A DNA stretch of 52,098 nt, counting the filler, from Stramenopiles sp. TOSAG23-6 (Eukaryota), in assembly GCA_900128565.1 (NCBI GenBank). It is 2 parts of 2 records of this genome, joined end to end, with 100 filler letters (N's around TTAATTAATTAA, not from the genome) between each part and the next. Parts side by side here need not be neighbours in the genome. Positions count along the whole stretch, not along the records: positions 1 to 26,014 come from LT635988.1; 1 more part is not named here. The stretch is one strand, 5' to 3'. The translations under genes were made by a program, and so were the position numbers. The notes under the pieces are model-generated. The model was not told the DNA's origin, made no database searches, and worked only from the letters and a program-made list of their open reading frames with translations. Positions 1 through 10,207 of this stretch are shown here, one piece after another. Position 1 is the first letter of the stretch; every line of letters starts with the position of its first letter.

Positions 1-65
1 TTTTTTTTTCATACGAAATTTTGTACCTAACGATTTTTTTTTTGAAATATTTTTCCAAAATACAC
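1..65 (+). other. Repeat-family intron, 5'-truncated; by alignment ends ...AAAATACAC (AC variant)
   Basis: CATACGAAATTTTGTACCTAAC...GAAATATTTTTCCAAAATACAC matches the family consensus; the donor is outside the window. Confidence 0.75.
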
Positions 66-3000
66 CAATCAAGGGTTGTGTCTCGAAGAGGAAAAAACAA
101 TATGGTAGTCAAGTATGGTTGCCAAACGGCAAAAATGCTAAAAAATATAAGCCTCAGGATTCATCGTTACGAAGAATTTTCAAAAGAATTTCTTCCGCCG
201 TCTAAATCAAGAAAAACTGATATGCTTGAGAAAGCTGAACGGATAATGAAAGATGTTCATTATAGAGTTTTTAAGGATGCTTTTTGGGGAGACAAGGAGA
301 ATGTTTTTAAGGCTGCCCTCAAAGAAGAAAAGTGTTTTGAAAAAAAAATTAAGAAAAATGTTATTTGTAAACATGAAATTACTATTGAATATCAAGACAT
401 AAAAAAAGAAAAACTCTGTATAAAATCTTATAAGCTTCACAGTAAAGGATGTGCAGTACATGTTCCATCTAGAGGATCAAGAAAAGCAGATTTATCAAGT
501 ACTTATAGCGAAGAATTGCGCCTCGAAGCTGTTGCAAATCCAATAAACTCAAAAAAAATTAAAAAAATTAGGAACAAGGAATTGATCAGAAGTGGATATA
601 CACAACAAACCGATCAAGACTACAGGTTCCTCCGTCGACAACAGAAAAAAATTATTGGAACCCCACTGGACCATGTTCAACTGGTAGTGACAAAGCTGTT
701 GAAGCATGTGAAGGGAAAAGATGATGAGACCCAGCTTTTTTTTGAGTTCACGTTATCAGAGGAAAAAGAATTTAGATTACATTTAAAATCAATAGGAATG
801 ATCCCGGGGTCATTTATTCGAATGCTGGAAGTTGAAGTTGACAATGTGCCCATCATAAGGAAGAATCGTTCCGGAGATGCTGCGCATGCAAATTCTCTCT
901 TTTTCGGAATTCTCCTAAATATTCTTGCTAGTGGTCCTGGGAATATGATACTTCTAGCTCTACTTGCATGGTGTTCAAGACATGAAAGTAATTCAACATG
1001 GGGTTTTACAAGTCATATTTATAAAGAGGTCTTAGGTGTAATTTTTGCATTGATGTCTGATGGTCGGAAAGGTTTGGCTGGTGTATTCAAACGTGAAATG
1101 GGAATCAACAGTTTCAAGCTTGCATGTTATATGCACTTAAAAAAAAATCTATTAGATAATGGGATTCCTCAAGACAAGATTGGTTTCTTTACAGCAATGT
1201 TCTATGCTCGTACAAGAGATAATTTTTATATAAATATGAAATACATGCTTGAAGACTTAAGTCAACGTCAAGTACAAACAATTAAAAGAATACTATGTGA
1301 AGAGAATCCTGTTTTCACTTGGTCTGCACCATTTTTCCCTGAAGGTGTAACAAGAGAAGGGATGTTCACCAATCAATTGAACGAATCATATCATGGCGCG
1401 ATGAACAAGCGTGAGACTCGGAAGCTTTTTCCTGGTCAAATGCTACAAGTAGAGCATGATGAACATTTCAAACGATACACACTACAGCTAGAAACTGCAA
1501 AGAAGGAGCTTTTACAAGGTTATATACTCGAGAAGAAATACAGAGATCGCGTTACTGAAGCACTAGAAGTCCTCGATAATTTAGAGGGGACATTCAGTAT
1601 GGTTGTCAATCCAAATGATCACATGAAGGCTGAAATAACTTACATAACTAAATCTGGTCGTCGGGGTGAAACACACATTTGCAGTGCTGTACCACCATAT
1701 GAGTGCAGCTGTAATACTATAAGAGATTGTGAGTATCTTTCATGTGTCAATTCAAACTATTTCCTTCGGAAGAGGAACATTGACCCAAGATATGCGGTTC
1801 ATGTGCGACATCGTATTACATCAAAAATTAAACTCATGGAAGCTGCTCTTAATGTAAAGACAAATAAAGACCTTCTTAATATAAATCTCTCAAAGGTGGA
1901 GCAGATCACGACACCGCTAATAAATGCAAAGAATAAACGACCAGCAGGTAGAATGACTACACAAAAACAGAGAGCTAAATATAGAAAACAAGAAAAGATC
2001 AATAAACGTAGATTTGAAGAAAACCCTAATATTATTTTCAAAGAACTGGAACGAACTGTTCGTTGTGTCCTCTGTGGTGGTCCTCATTTTGCAGATAGAT
2101 GTACAACATGCAGCGACGGCAAAGGTAATTCAATAAATCCTAATAGGATGCAACGGGAAATAGATGCGAAATCAATAATAATAAAAATAAACTCCATTCA
2201 AGATATACTTGACTTAATCCCGAAGGATATCAATGAATGGAATGAATTACTCAAGAAACAAACTCATAATAATAATAATAGCAAGAGTACAGAAACTCCT
2301 GAATATAGACGACTATGTCGGCAATTTGTGATAAACACATTGAAAGATTATGCACAAACATTGCAGCCTGTTCCGATTGCTCATCTATCTCTAACGCAGA
2401 GACAGCTATTGAGAGAAACCTATGTAAATCTTAATGCATCCTATAATCATAATCTGTTAAAACGAAAGTGTTCCAAACCTATTCAAGAAAGAACCAAAAA
2501 ACCTCGTACAAAATTGACTGATAAACATGTTCCGAAATCGACTGATAAACATGTTCCAAAATCGACTGATAAACATGTTCCGAAATCGACTGATAAAGAT
2601 GTTCCGGAATCGACTGATAAACATGTTGCAAAATCGACTGATAAACGTGTTGCTCTAAAAAATAAAAAAAAAATAAGAAAATTGAGTGCTGATGCTGCTG
2701 AAAAAAATCATATGAAATCTCTAGAAATTTTACAAAGAGGTGCAGTTGGACTAGTAAACCTGGGTAACACCTGCTACTTAAATAGTGTGGTACAATGTTT
2801 GTATGTTTTACTTTTTTTTTCAAATTTGAAATTGTTTTTCATAAGAAATTTTGTACCTTATGATATTTTTGAAATATTTTTCCAAAATACATGAGTTCTT
2901 GTGAAAGCCTCACACACTTCTTCCTTGAAAATTATGAAGAAAAAGAAGGAGTTCCGAATTATTATTTTAAATTAGTGAAGGAAATGTGGTCTTTGGAGTG

Positions 3001-4961
3001 TACTAATGTGTCACCAAATGACATAGTAAATCATTACAAAAAAAAACATTCGGTATTTTCATTGAATATACATCATGATGCATCCGAATGGATGGTTGCC
3101 TTACTAAATGACTTAGATGAAAGCTTGGCCGATAAATTTGTTGAGTCTAAACAAAATGACTCATCTATTCTTATTTATAATGAACAAAGTGTGGAATCAA
3201 AGACAAATGATGAAAATGACTTACGTAAAATATATCTCCAACAATATCAAACATCTGTCATAAGTTCGATATTTGGCTTTCTTGTAAAATGTACAATCAC
3301 TTGTCCAAATTGTAGTTTACAATCTTTGAAATTTGCAAGACAAATGAAATTGGATCTACCATTCACACAACCGAAAGGTTCGAATGATTTTGTTGAGTTG
3401 AAAGACTTGATTGATAATTTTTTGATAACTGAAGAACTGGATTCTGAAAATATGTGGAATTGTCTACAATGTAAAAAAAAAGTAAATGGAAAAAAACAAC
3501 TTGCTGTATTCAACAGTCCAACCATTTTGGTTCTCTGTCTCAAGAGGTTTGAATATATACATGAGAAAGGGAGGATCAAAATCAGTACCAAAGTCAAATA
3601 TCCTATAGAATTAAATATGTCAAACTTTATGTTGCCAGGTTCTTCAAATGTTGAACTGTATAATCTGGTAAGTGTTAGTCATCATATGGGTTCTGCTCAA
3701 ACAGGGCATTATGTAGCATATACACGTAATTTTTTAAACAAAAAATGGTACAAATTTGATGATGACTCAGTTGAAGAAATTATATGTACAGAATCAACAA
3801 TTGTCGATAATTCCGCATATATACTTTTCTATGAGAAAAAAAATTCAAAAATTCAAAATTGTAATTTAAAACAACAAACCGAGAAAAGTGAATTTTGTGT
3901 ATGCAAAAAGTTTAAAGATGAACGTATGATTATGTGTGAGGAGAAAAATTGTCCACATGGGAAATGGTTCCATTTAACATGTGTCAATGTACTTGAAAGT
4001 TATGCAAAGAATCCTTCCAATAAATGGTTCTGTAATGAATGTTCTGAAATAGATCTCGTTTCTGATTATGATACTGATGATGAAGAAATCCCCACAATTA
4101 AAAGGAAAAAAAAAAAAAAAACTTTTAAGATGGAATATTCAAAAAGAAAATTTACAGCATCACAGAAACGAAAAATTCATAAGCATCTTGCTTATTCTGA
4201 AGAAGAGTCTTCTGAAGAAGAGGATTCTGAAGGAGAGGAAAGCATGATTGATGTAAATGTATATCCTATTCGGCCAAGTGATTTTCGTCGTCTTCGACCA
4301 AAAACGTGGCTCAATGATGAGATCATAAATTGGTTTCTCTTGGATGTATTCCCAAAAGAATACAACGGACTAAAATTTCATTTTTTCAACACATATTTTT
4401 TTAAAAAGCTCTATTTTGAGGGAGGTTGTTATAATTATGAAAATGTCAAAAGATGGACAAAGAATCTAGAGAAAATGTTAAAAAAAGATGTAGTATTCAT
4501 TCCGATTAACCCACCTCTGCATTGGTCTTGGGTGGCTCTTTTTCCAAAGAAGAAAGAAATTCATTATTATGATTCTTTTCAGAATAAACTAAATGCACAA
4601 AGATATGGTCGTATAATAACCAGATATTTAAAAGATGCAACTTCAGATAAACTAAACATATCATTACCAAAGTGGAAGATAAAACATCCGGTGTCACCTA
4701 TCCAAACAAATCAGTGGGATTGTGGTGTATTTACAATCATCGGAATAATGCATGTTTTATATTTTTTCAATTTTGATTTTTTTTTTAATATGAAATTTTG
4801 TACCTAACAAATATTAATTTTTTTTTTGAAATATTTTTCCAAAATACATGTACACTTTTCTAGGAAAAACTTTTGATTATAAAGAAGAAGACATGCCACG
4901 TTTTAGATTATTATTGGCTTTTACAATATTAAAAAATTCTAAAAAAGAATTCAAAATATGA
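66..4961 (+). CDS. MULE-like DDE transposase fused to SWIM, Zn knuckle, USP (C19) deubiquitinase, PHD finger and Ulp1 (C48) protease; 5'-partial; exons 66-2800, 2893-4749, 4850-4961
   Basis: Transposase motifs GDAAH (~876), MSDGRKGL (~1059), CYMHL and TNQLNESYH (~1383). SWIM-like CSC..C and CVLCGGPHFADRC knuckle. USP Cys box GLVNLGNTCYLNSVVQCL, His box HHMGSAQTGHYVAY and WYKFDD. PHD CVC..C..C..WFHLTC..WFCNEC. Ulp1 WLNDEIIN, HW, YDS, QTNQWDCGVF. Two ORFs and a terminal exon (YTFLGKTFDYKEEDMPRFR) are joined by removing two repeat introns. Confidence 0.85.
2515..2648 (+). repeat. 24-bp coding tandem repeat (STDKHVPK, about 5.5 units)
   Basis: Repeated tcgactgataaacatgttccgaaa units in the transposase-USP linker. 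Confidence 0.9.
2801..2892 (+). other. GT-AT intron (92 nt)
   Basis: Removal gives QCL-SSCESLTHFFL, colinear with [14 protein letters not shown] of the USP at 21289; branch variant CCTTAT. Confidence 0.85.
4750..4849 (+). other. GC-AT intron (100 nt)
   Basis: GCATGTTTT...GTACCTAAC...CCAAAATACAT; removal restores the Ulp1 C-terminus DCGVF-x15-Y-KEEDMPRFR. Confidence 0.85.
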
Positions 4962-4984
4962 AACATTTACAAAATAAAATTTAT

Positions 4985-7900
4985 TTATTTAATAAAATAT
5001 ATATAAAATTTTGGTATATTATTGTTTTTAACAGCAAATTTTTTTTTTATGATTTTTACACAATTTTTCCAATTCAATTGTTGATTTCCTTTGAAATCAA
5101 TCACAGATATTTTATGTTTTTGTTTGAGAAATATTGAAACATTAGCTGTATGCATTACAGCTGTATTCATAACGTTTTTGAATTCTTTTTTTGAAATTAA
5201 CTTAAAATTTTTTTTTTGGTATTTTGTTTGTATGTGTTTTTGGATAAATTCATCCAATTTCTTTTTTTTTTTTTCATTTTGTTTTTTTTCTATTTTTAAA
5301 CGTTTTTTTTTTAAATATAATTTTTTTAAAATATAGGAATTATTCACTTGAATCATTGGTGATTCTACAGTTGTTGACAAAGAGGAAACTGCGATATTCG
5401 ATTGACTTGTATCAAGATTAGGATTACTATTTACTATTATCTTTTTTTTGCTTCTTTTGAATATCTCTGAGGACGGTTTTAATTTTCTTTTTCGAGAAGC
5501 GAACGACGCTTTAGATATGTCTAGCACTACTTGTTGAAGTAACTTTGATTGTCTGTAAGGTTTATTAAAAGAATTGTTGCTGCAAATCTTCACAACATCA
5601 TCGCTTACAACACTGTGCATTGTTCCTCGTACACCTTCTGTTGTGTAAATATTATATGCGCTTTTACGTTTCGTGTCTAGTAAAAGGTTTCCAACAATCT
5701 TCGGATGTGTATCGACAAACATTGGAGAAATGACTGGTCGTAAATAGAATCCACCTGTAGCACATGTCTCTCTGTGAACCCATTCACCAGGAAAGAATGT
5801 TTTTTTGCCTCCAATATTGCAGAGATAAGATCCAGATTTAACGCGTAATGAATGTTTTATAAACTCGTCATTTATTGAACCTACCATTGAACCAACAATA
5901 CTACAGGAACCTAGAGAAACTGCATATCCAGAACATTTTCTTAAACTATCTTCTTTCTTATTATTCATTTTTGCTTTTGCAAAAAGAAAGTCCTTGTGTA
6001 ACCAGGCTATCGCTTCTTCAAGTATTTTACATTGCTTCTCATCAAGAAGGGCATCTTCACGGTTTTTTTTCGATAATGTCACTTTTGCAAGAGTATTCAG
6101 AAGTGGCCCAGATAAGGAAACATTTACAGCAATAGTTGATTGAGCGTACATCGCACAAAATAACTTTTGGAAATTTGACTGTACTCCGAATTTTGTGAGC
6201 TGACCAGCAAGGAACTTTTCACTACCTTTTGAATTGATTTGATCACCATACGAGTGTATTCCGGTTTTGCTATGAAGGCAGAGAATAGGAACTCTGGCAG
6301 CTTTTGGCAGAAGTGGGAAAATTGATCCTTCAATACAGATCTTATCACGAAGAGACCTATCCGATATGTTTTCGTTAAACAGAATTTCGGAGGAACATTT
6401 TTTACGATACCTTACAATACGATTTACTTCCTTTGAAGAGCAATTGGGGGTTGGGAATAAAGTCTCTCTTATTGTATCATAAAGTTTAGCTAAGTCATTC
6501 ACTCCATATCCGATTTTCTCTCGTGACATTTCAACTAATGTCATAAATTTATTTGTTGCTGCTGTTGTTGTTGTAGATGTTGTTGTTGTTGTTGGTGTTG
6601 TTGTAGATGTTGTTGTTGTTGTTGGTGTTGTTGTTGGTGTTGTTGTTGGTGTTGTTGTTGTTGATGTTGTTGTTATTGTTGTTGTTTTTACTGTTGTTGA
6701 TGTTGTTGTTGTTGTTTTAAGATGTCCTTCCGAAATATCCTTTCGAAAGACAATGTTTTTTCGAATTGTATCTATAACTTTTTTACATTTATAACCTCGC
6801 CATAGGGCCTGAAATTGTATTATACCAATCCGCCTCTTCCTAGCTCTGCCCATTTGCTTGTTAAGCCATAATAATGACGAAAAACTCAATTGTCTTTTTG
6901 ACAAGCTCAGGTTATCATCATTTTGGTTACCTTCCTCAGAACTAATTAAAATTTCCCACTTCTCTTTTAATCCTACAATATCTTTTTCTGATGCAAGATC
7001 CCACACTTTTCCATTTGAAGATCTCAAAGCACTTTCAGCAGCTGTTTCCGCGTCATTGCAAGGTTTGATTCCAGCACCAAAAGTTAAATATGCAGCCATT
7101 ACGGCTCTAGCTAAGAACGAGATAGGAATCGACAAATATGAAATTGAAAGTGATTCTGCTCCAGCCCTAGCTGAACCATTGACACCATTTCCGGATCTCG
7201 GTACAGTATAAGTTGTCTGGGCATTCCCTCCACCGGCAGGTAGCAACGCCCCGAAACGATTAAGAAGTATTCCTTTCGATCGATTGATACCCTTATATTC
7301 TGGAACAATACCAGGTACTCGCAAACCACGAAGATCCGCAAGATTCAATAATGTAGGTTCGAGAGAGTCTCCTTCAAAAGGGAGTAATACTTCAATATAT
7401 TTCTTATCTTTGGCGATAATTTTACGCTGTTGACTTTTTTTTCCTTGATCAACAAATTTCTTTGACTTTGATTGTGATGATGACTTCAATCTTTTAGAAG
7501 GATATCTGATTTCCCACATACTTTTCGTAATGTCTTTCGAAATTAACCTAGTGTGCGAAACATCAAACCGTGTACTTATTATGTTGCGTTGTAAAAAATC
7601 CCGGAACGTAGATGCAAATTCAGTATCGATAGGTACAGCACAGTGAGTTGCAACAGAGTTAATACATATTGGTGAATCTATCCATTCCGATAGATAACCA
7701 GAATGGACGTTATCACAACTTGATTTTTTCTGAACGCTCACTGGGCAGCGAGACGACATGTTTATCAAAACACAGTGCTCTTTACCGTAAGGAATTGAGT
7801 GACAGCAATGATTCCTTTTTGACTCATTTATTGCACCAACAATCGGGTTGGTGTATATGTTAAATTCTGTACCGCTCTTTTTAAAAACAGCCTGCAATTC

Positions 7901-9208
7901 ACTTTTGTCAATTTTATACTCATCGTTAATTCCTAACTTATGTTTAATACGCTTGGCATTAATAAAATTTTCCCTAAATACACTTTCTGTCATATCAATG
8001 GCGTAGATTTGAGCAGTTGATGAGTATTTTGTTGGATTTCCTGCAGAGTTGTCCGCCGCAATAGAGCAATCAAGTGGGGAGTGGCTACCTTGAGAACCTG
8101 CGTTCAATTTTTCCCATATAGTCTTGTGTGAGCCACGCAATTTCTCATCAAAATTCTTTTGTGCTTCCATAACTATTTTATTTTTGCTTTCATGTGGTAT
8201 ACTTTCCAACTCTGTATTTTCCTGTAAAAAAGATTCCTTTGCCTCTTGAACACATTCATAAGACAAACGCATTAGTAATTTTGTTGCTTTTGGAGGTTCA
8301 CCATCTCGATGTGAACGGAAAGGTTTGCCACTATTCACTGGTCTAACTCGGACAATAAGATTCTGAATTGTGCCAGATATAATAAAAAGATCAATCAGGT
8401 AATCCATCGCTTCATTATTAATCGGATAAGCACTCAACTTAAGCCCAGGAGTTTTACTGTCCGGGTTTGGTACTCTCAGAGTATAGCCTGATCCACTAGC
8501 ACCAAATACGTGAAACATCCTCCCAGTTTCTTGGATACCTTTTAATTTTTCAGTCATAGCAATGAATCGTGATGCAACGTCATGGCTAACCCCAGTTTCA
8601 TAACGACTCACAAATGCGACAGGTTCATTATTTATTTGAACTTTTCCGGAGAAATTTCTGTCTTCTAAACCTAAGGCTGGAAAAATTCCTCTATTTTCAC
8701 CACGTTCATTCAGACCATAAAAAGTTATTTTTCTATTACAATCTATTTTTGGTAGATTTGGTACATTGCGCTCTTCAGATATTACTCGCAAAGCAACGCG
8801 GAATCGAGCGTATGAGGAGTCATCATGACTAAACCCTTGAGCAAAACAGTCATATTCAAGATTAGTCCAACTGTATATTCGGCATCTAGCAATAGCAAAG
8901 CTAGATATTGTGTCATCTTGTTTTTCTAGTATTGTTGGTGACATATTTTGCGATTGCATATGATATTGGTTGTATTTATTGTTTATAGTAAAGGTTGTGT
9001 AGAGTTTTACTGTTGCAACTTCTTCGTTAATTGAAATGAGAGTTCCTAGACTAAGTGGTTCTTGGGAATGAGGACAACATATGACAATTTTTGTGTCTTT
9101 CTTGGTTGTTTTATTTATCAATGAACCCTCGGATGAATAGCTCCTATATATTTGAAGACATCTGTTTACTTCTTCATCATGTAAATCTGGAGTTTTCTTA
9201 GGAATCAT
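4985..9208 (-). CDS. 1407-aa protein with possible AlkB-like 2OG-Fe(II) dioxygenase motifs, an IQ motif and a poly-Thr tract
   Basis: Long intronless ORF. Motifs RKITFYG, FRSHRDGE (HxD), CHSIP..INMSSR and IIQFQALWRGYKCKK. The ORF is secure; the function is tentative. Confidence 0.6.
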   Translation of the reverse strand: MIPKKTPDLHDEEVNRCLQIYRSYSSEGSLINKTTKKDTKIVICCPHSQEPLSLGTLISINEEVATVKLYTTFTINNKYNQYHMQSQNMSPTILEKQDDTISSFAIARCRIYSWTNLEYDCFAQGFSHDDSSYARFRVALRVISEERNVPNLPKIDCNRKITFYGLNERGENRGIFPALGLEDRNFSGKVQINNEPVAFVSRYETGVSHDVASRFIAMTEKLKGIQETGRMFHVFGASGSGYTLRVPNPDSKTPGLKLSAYPINNEAMDYLIDLFIISGTIQNLIVRVRPVNSGKPFRSHRDGEPPKATKLLMRLSYECVQEAKESFLQENTELESIPHESKNKIVMEAQKNFDEKLRGSHKTIWEKLNAGSQGSHSPLDCSIAADNSAGNPTKYSSTAQIYAIDMTESVFRENFINAKRIKHKLGINDEYKIDKSELQAVFKKSGTEFNIYTNPIVGAINESKRNHCCHSIPYGKEHCVLINMSSRCPVSVQKKSSCDNVHSGYLSEWIDSPICINSVATHCAVPIDTEFASTFRDFLQRNIISTRFDVSHTRLISKDITKSMWEIRYPSKRLKSSSQSKSKKFVDQGKKSQQRKIIAKDKKYIEVLLPFEGDSLEPTLLNLADLRGLRVPGIVPEYKGINRSKGILLNRFGALLPAGGGNAQTTYTVPRSGNGVNGSARAGAESLSISYLSIPISFLARAVMAAYLTFGAGIKPCNDAETAAESALRSSNGKVWDLASEKDIVGLKEKWEILISSEEGNQNDDNLSLSKRQLSFSSLLWLNKQMGRARKRRIGIIQFQALWRGYKCKKVIDTIRKNIVFRKDISEGHLKTTTTTSTTVKTTTITTTSTTTTPTTTPTTTPTTTTTSTTTPTTTTTSTTTTAATNKFMTLVEMSREKIGYGVNDLAKLYDTIRETLFPTPNCSSKEVNRIVRYRKKCSSEILFNENISDRSLRDKICIEGSIFPLLPKAARVPILCLHSKTGIHSYGDQINSKGSEKFLAGQLTKFGVQSNFQKLFCAMYAQSTIAVNVSLSGPLLNTLAKVTLSKKNREDALLDEKQCKILEEAIAWLHKDFLFAKAKMNNKKEDSLRKCSGYAVSLGSCSIVGSMVGSINDEFIKHSLRVKSGSYLCNIGGKKTFFPGEWVHRETCATGGFYLRPVISPMFVDTHPKIVGNLLLDTKRKSAYNIYTTEGVRGTMHSVVSDDVVKICSNNSFNKPYRQSKLLQQVVLDISKASFASRKRKLKPSSEIFKRSKKKIIVNSNPNLDTSQSNIAVSSLSTTVESPMIQVNNSYILKKLYLKKKRLKIEKKQNEKKKKKLDEFIQKHIQTKYQKKNFKLISKKEFKNVMNTAVMHTANVSIFLKQKHKISVIDFKGNQQLNWKNCVKIIKKKFAVKNNNIPKFYIYFIK
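6555..6716 (-). repeat. (ACA)n-like low-complexity tract encoding poly-Thr/Pro
   Basis: gttgttgtt runs on the + strand. Confidence 0.9.
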
Positions 9209-9745
9209 TGCGGCTTGAGCGCAAAACCTTTCGTGAATTTCTCACGTGGTAGTGTGCTCAGAGGCCGCAAAGAAACTTTATTAAACTTCTCGCTTTTCTC
9301 GCTTTTCAAAAGCGAGAAAGTTTACGAATGACGAATGGTATCGACCGAAGAGAAGTGATCCATCAACATCAAAAAAAATTGGCCAATCAAAAAAAAAAAA
9401 ATCGCGCCCATCAACATCAAAAACAAAATTTATATTTGTTTTTCAAAATAAAATATTCTTCTGTGTATAACTCTTGGATTAATAGAATTATGTAATTGAT
9501 TTAATTAAAGTTTATATATTAATTAAAGTTTATATATTAATCAAGAAAAAATAATTTTTGACTTTGAATTGTGGAATGATTTTTGTTGCGAGATTGGATA
9601 TGCCAAACTATCCATTTTTAATGCTTCAAATAATAAATAAACCAATATCTGCTGAGAATATACATCAAATAATGTCTAAAAGATATAAATACTAGTAGAT
9701 AGTGTCACAATGCGATTAGATAATGTCAAAACGATATTGTGTATA

Positions 9746-9827
9746 GGTCACACAAGTTACGAGAAATTACCGGGTAACAGGTCACACAAGTTACGAAATG
9801 CGTTACTTTTGGTCACACAAGTTACGA
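9746..9827 (+). repeat. Three direct copies of GGTCACACAAGTTACGA
   Basis: Exact 17-mers at 9746, 9780 and 9811, separated by dissimilar spacers of 17 and 14 nt. Confidence 0.9.
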
Positions 9828-10207
9828 AATCTGGGAAAAAGTGACAGTCTGTAACTGTAGCTATCAAATCTTTTTGTTGTGGTCAAAAACAAAACACAAA
9901 TTTTTCGTGTATCGAAAACACAAATTGTTTATTGAGAAAAACTTGATAATATTAGGGTAATCTGTCTGAAATCATTGAAAATAAATGCACTTTTAGTTGA
10001 TTATGTAACTCATAAAAACTCCCACTATAATACATATTTTTTTTTTTTTTTTTTTTTAATAGAAAAATTTGTACCCCCAAAAAGAGGAAAACTCTCATTT
10101 TTTTTCATTTTTTTTCCTTCAAAATATTTCGATACTATTTACATCTGAGACAGCGTCATAGTATATAATAATGTTTTATCATAAACCTAAAAAACACTAT
10201 ATTTCTA

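Larger units (their letters stand above)
1..9870. mobile_element. Putative large Mutator-like DNA transposon (transposase fusion, convergent accessory gene, repeat-rich end); boundaries uncertain
   Basis: Transposase motifs; stop codons of the two convergent genes are only 23 nt apart; three 17-bp direct repeats at 9746-9827 resemble subterminal repeats. The left end is outside the window, so TIR and TSD cannot be verified. Confidence 0.5.

Noticed and set aside
21-65. Recurring peptides in the ORF track such as [20 protein letters not shown] and RTKFCT
   Set aside because: These are translations of the intron repeat, not a protein domain.
2801-2895. Canonical GT-AG splicing to the AG at 2894-2895
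   Set aside because: In frame for this copy but one residue short of the USP alignment. Equivalent AGs are missing or out of frame in other copies.
9746-9827. CRISPR-like mini array
   Set aside because: Eukaryotic context, repeats and spacers too short, and no cas genes.
10030-10144. Possible decayed intron-family copy (T-run followed by AAATTTGTACC)
   Set aside because: Lacks a donor, the CTAAC motif and the 3' motif; may be chance similarity in AT-rich DNA.
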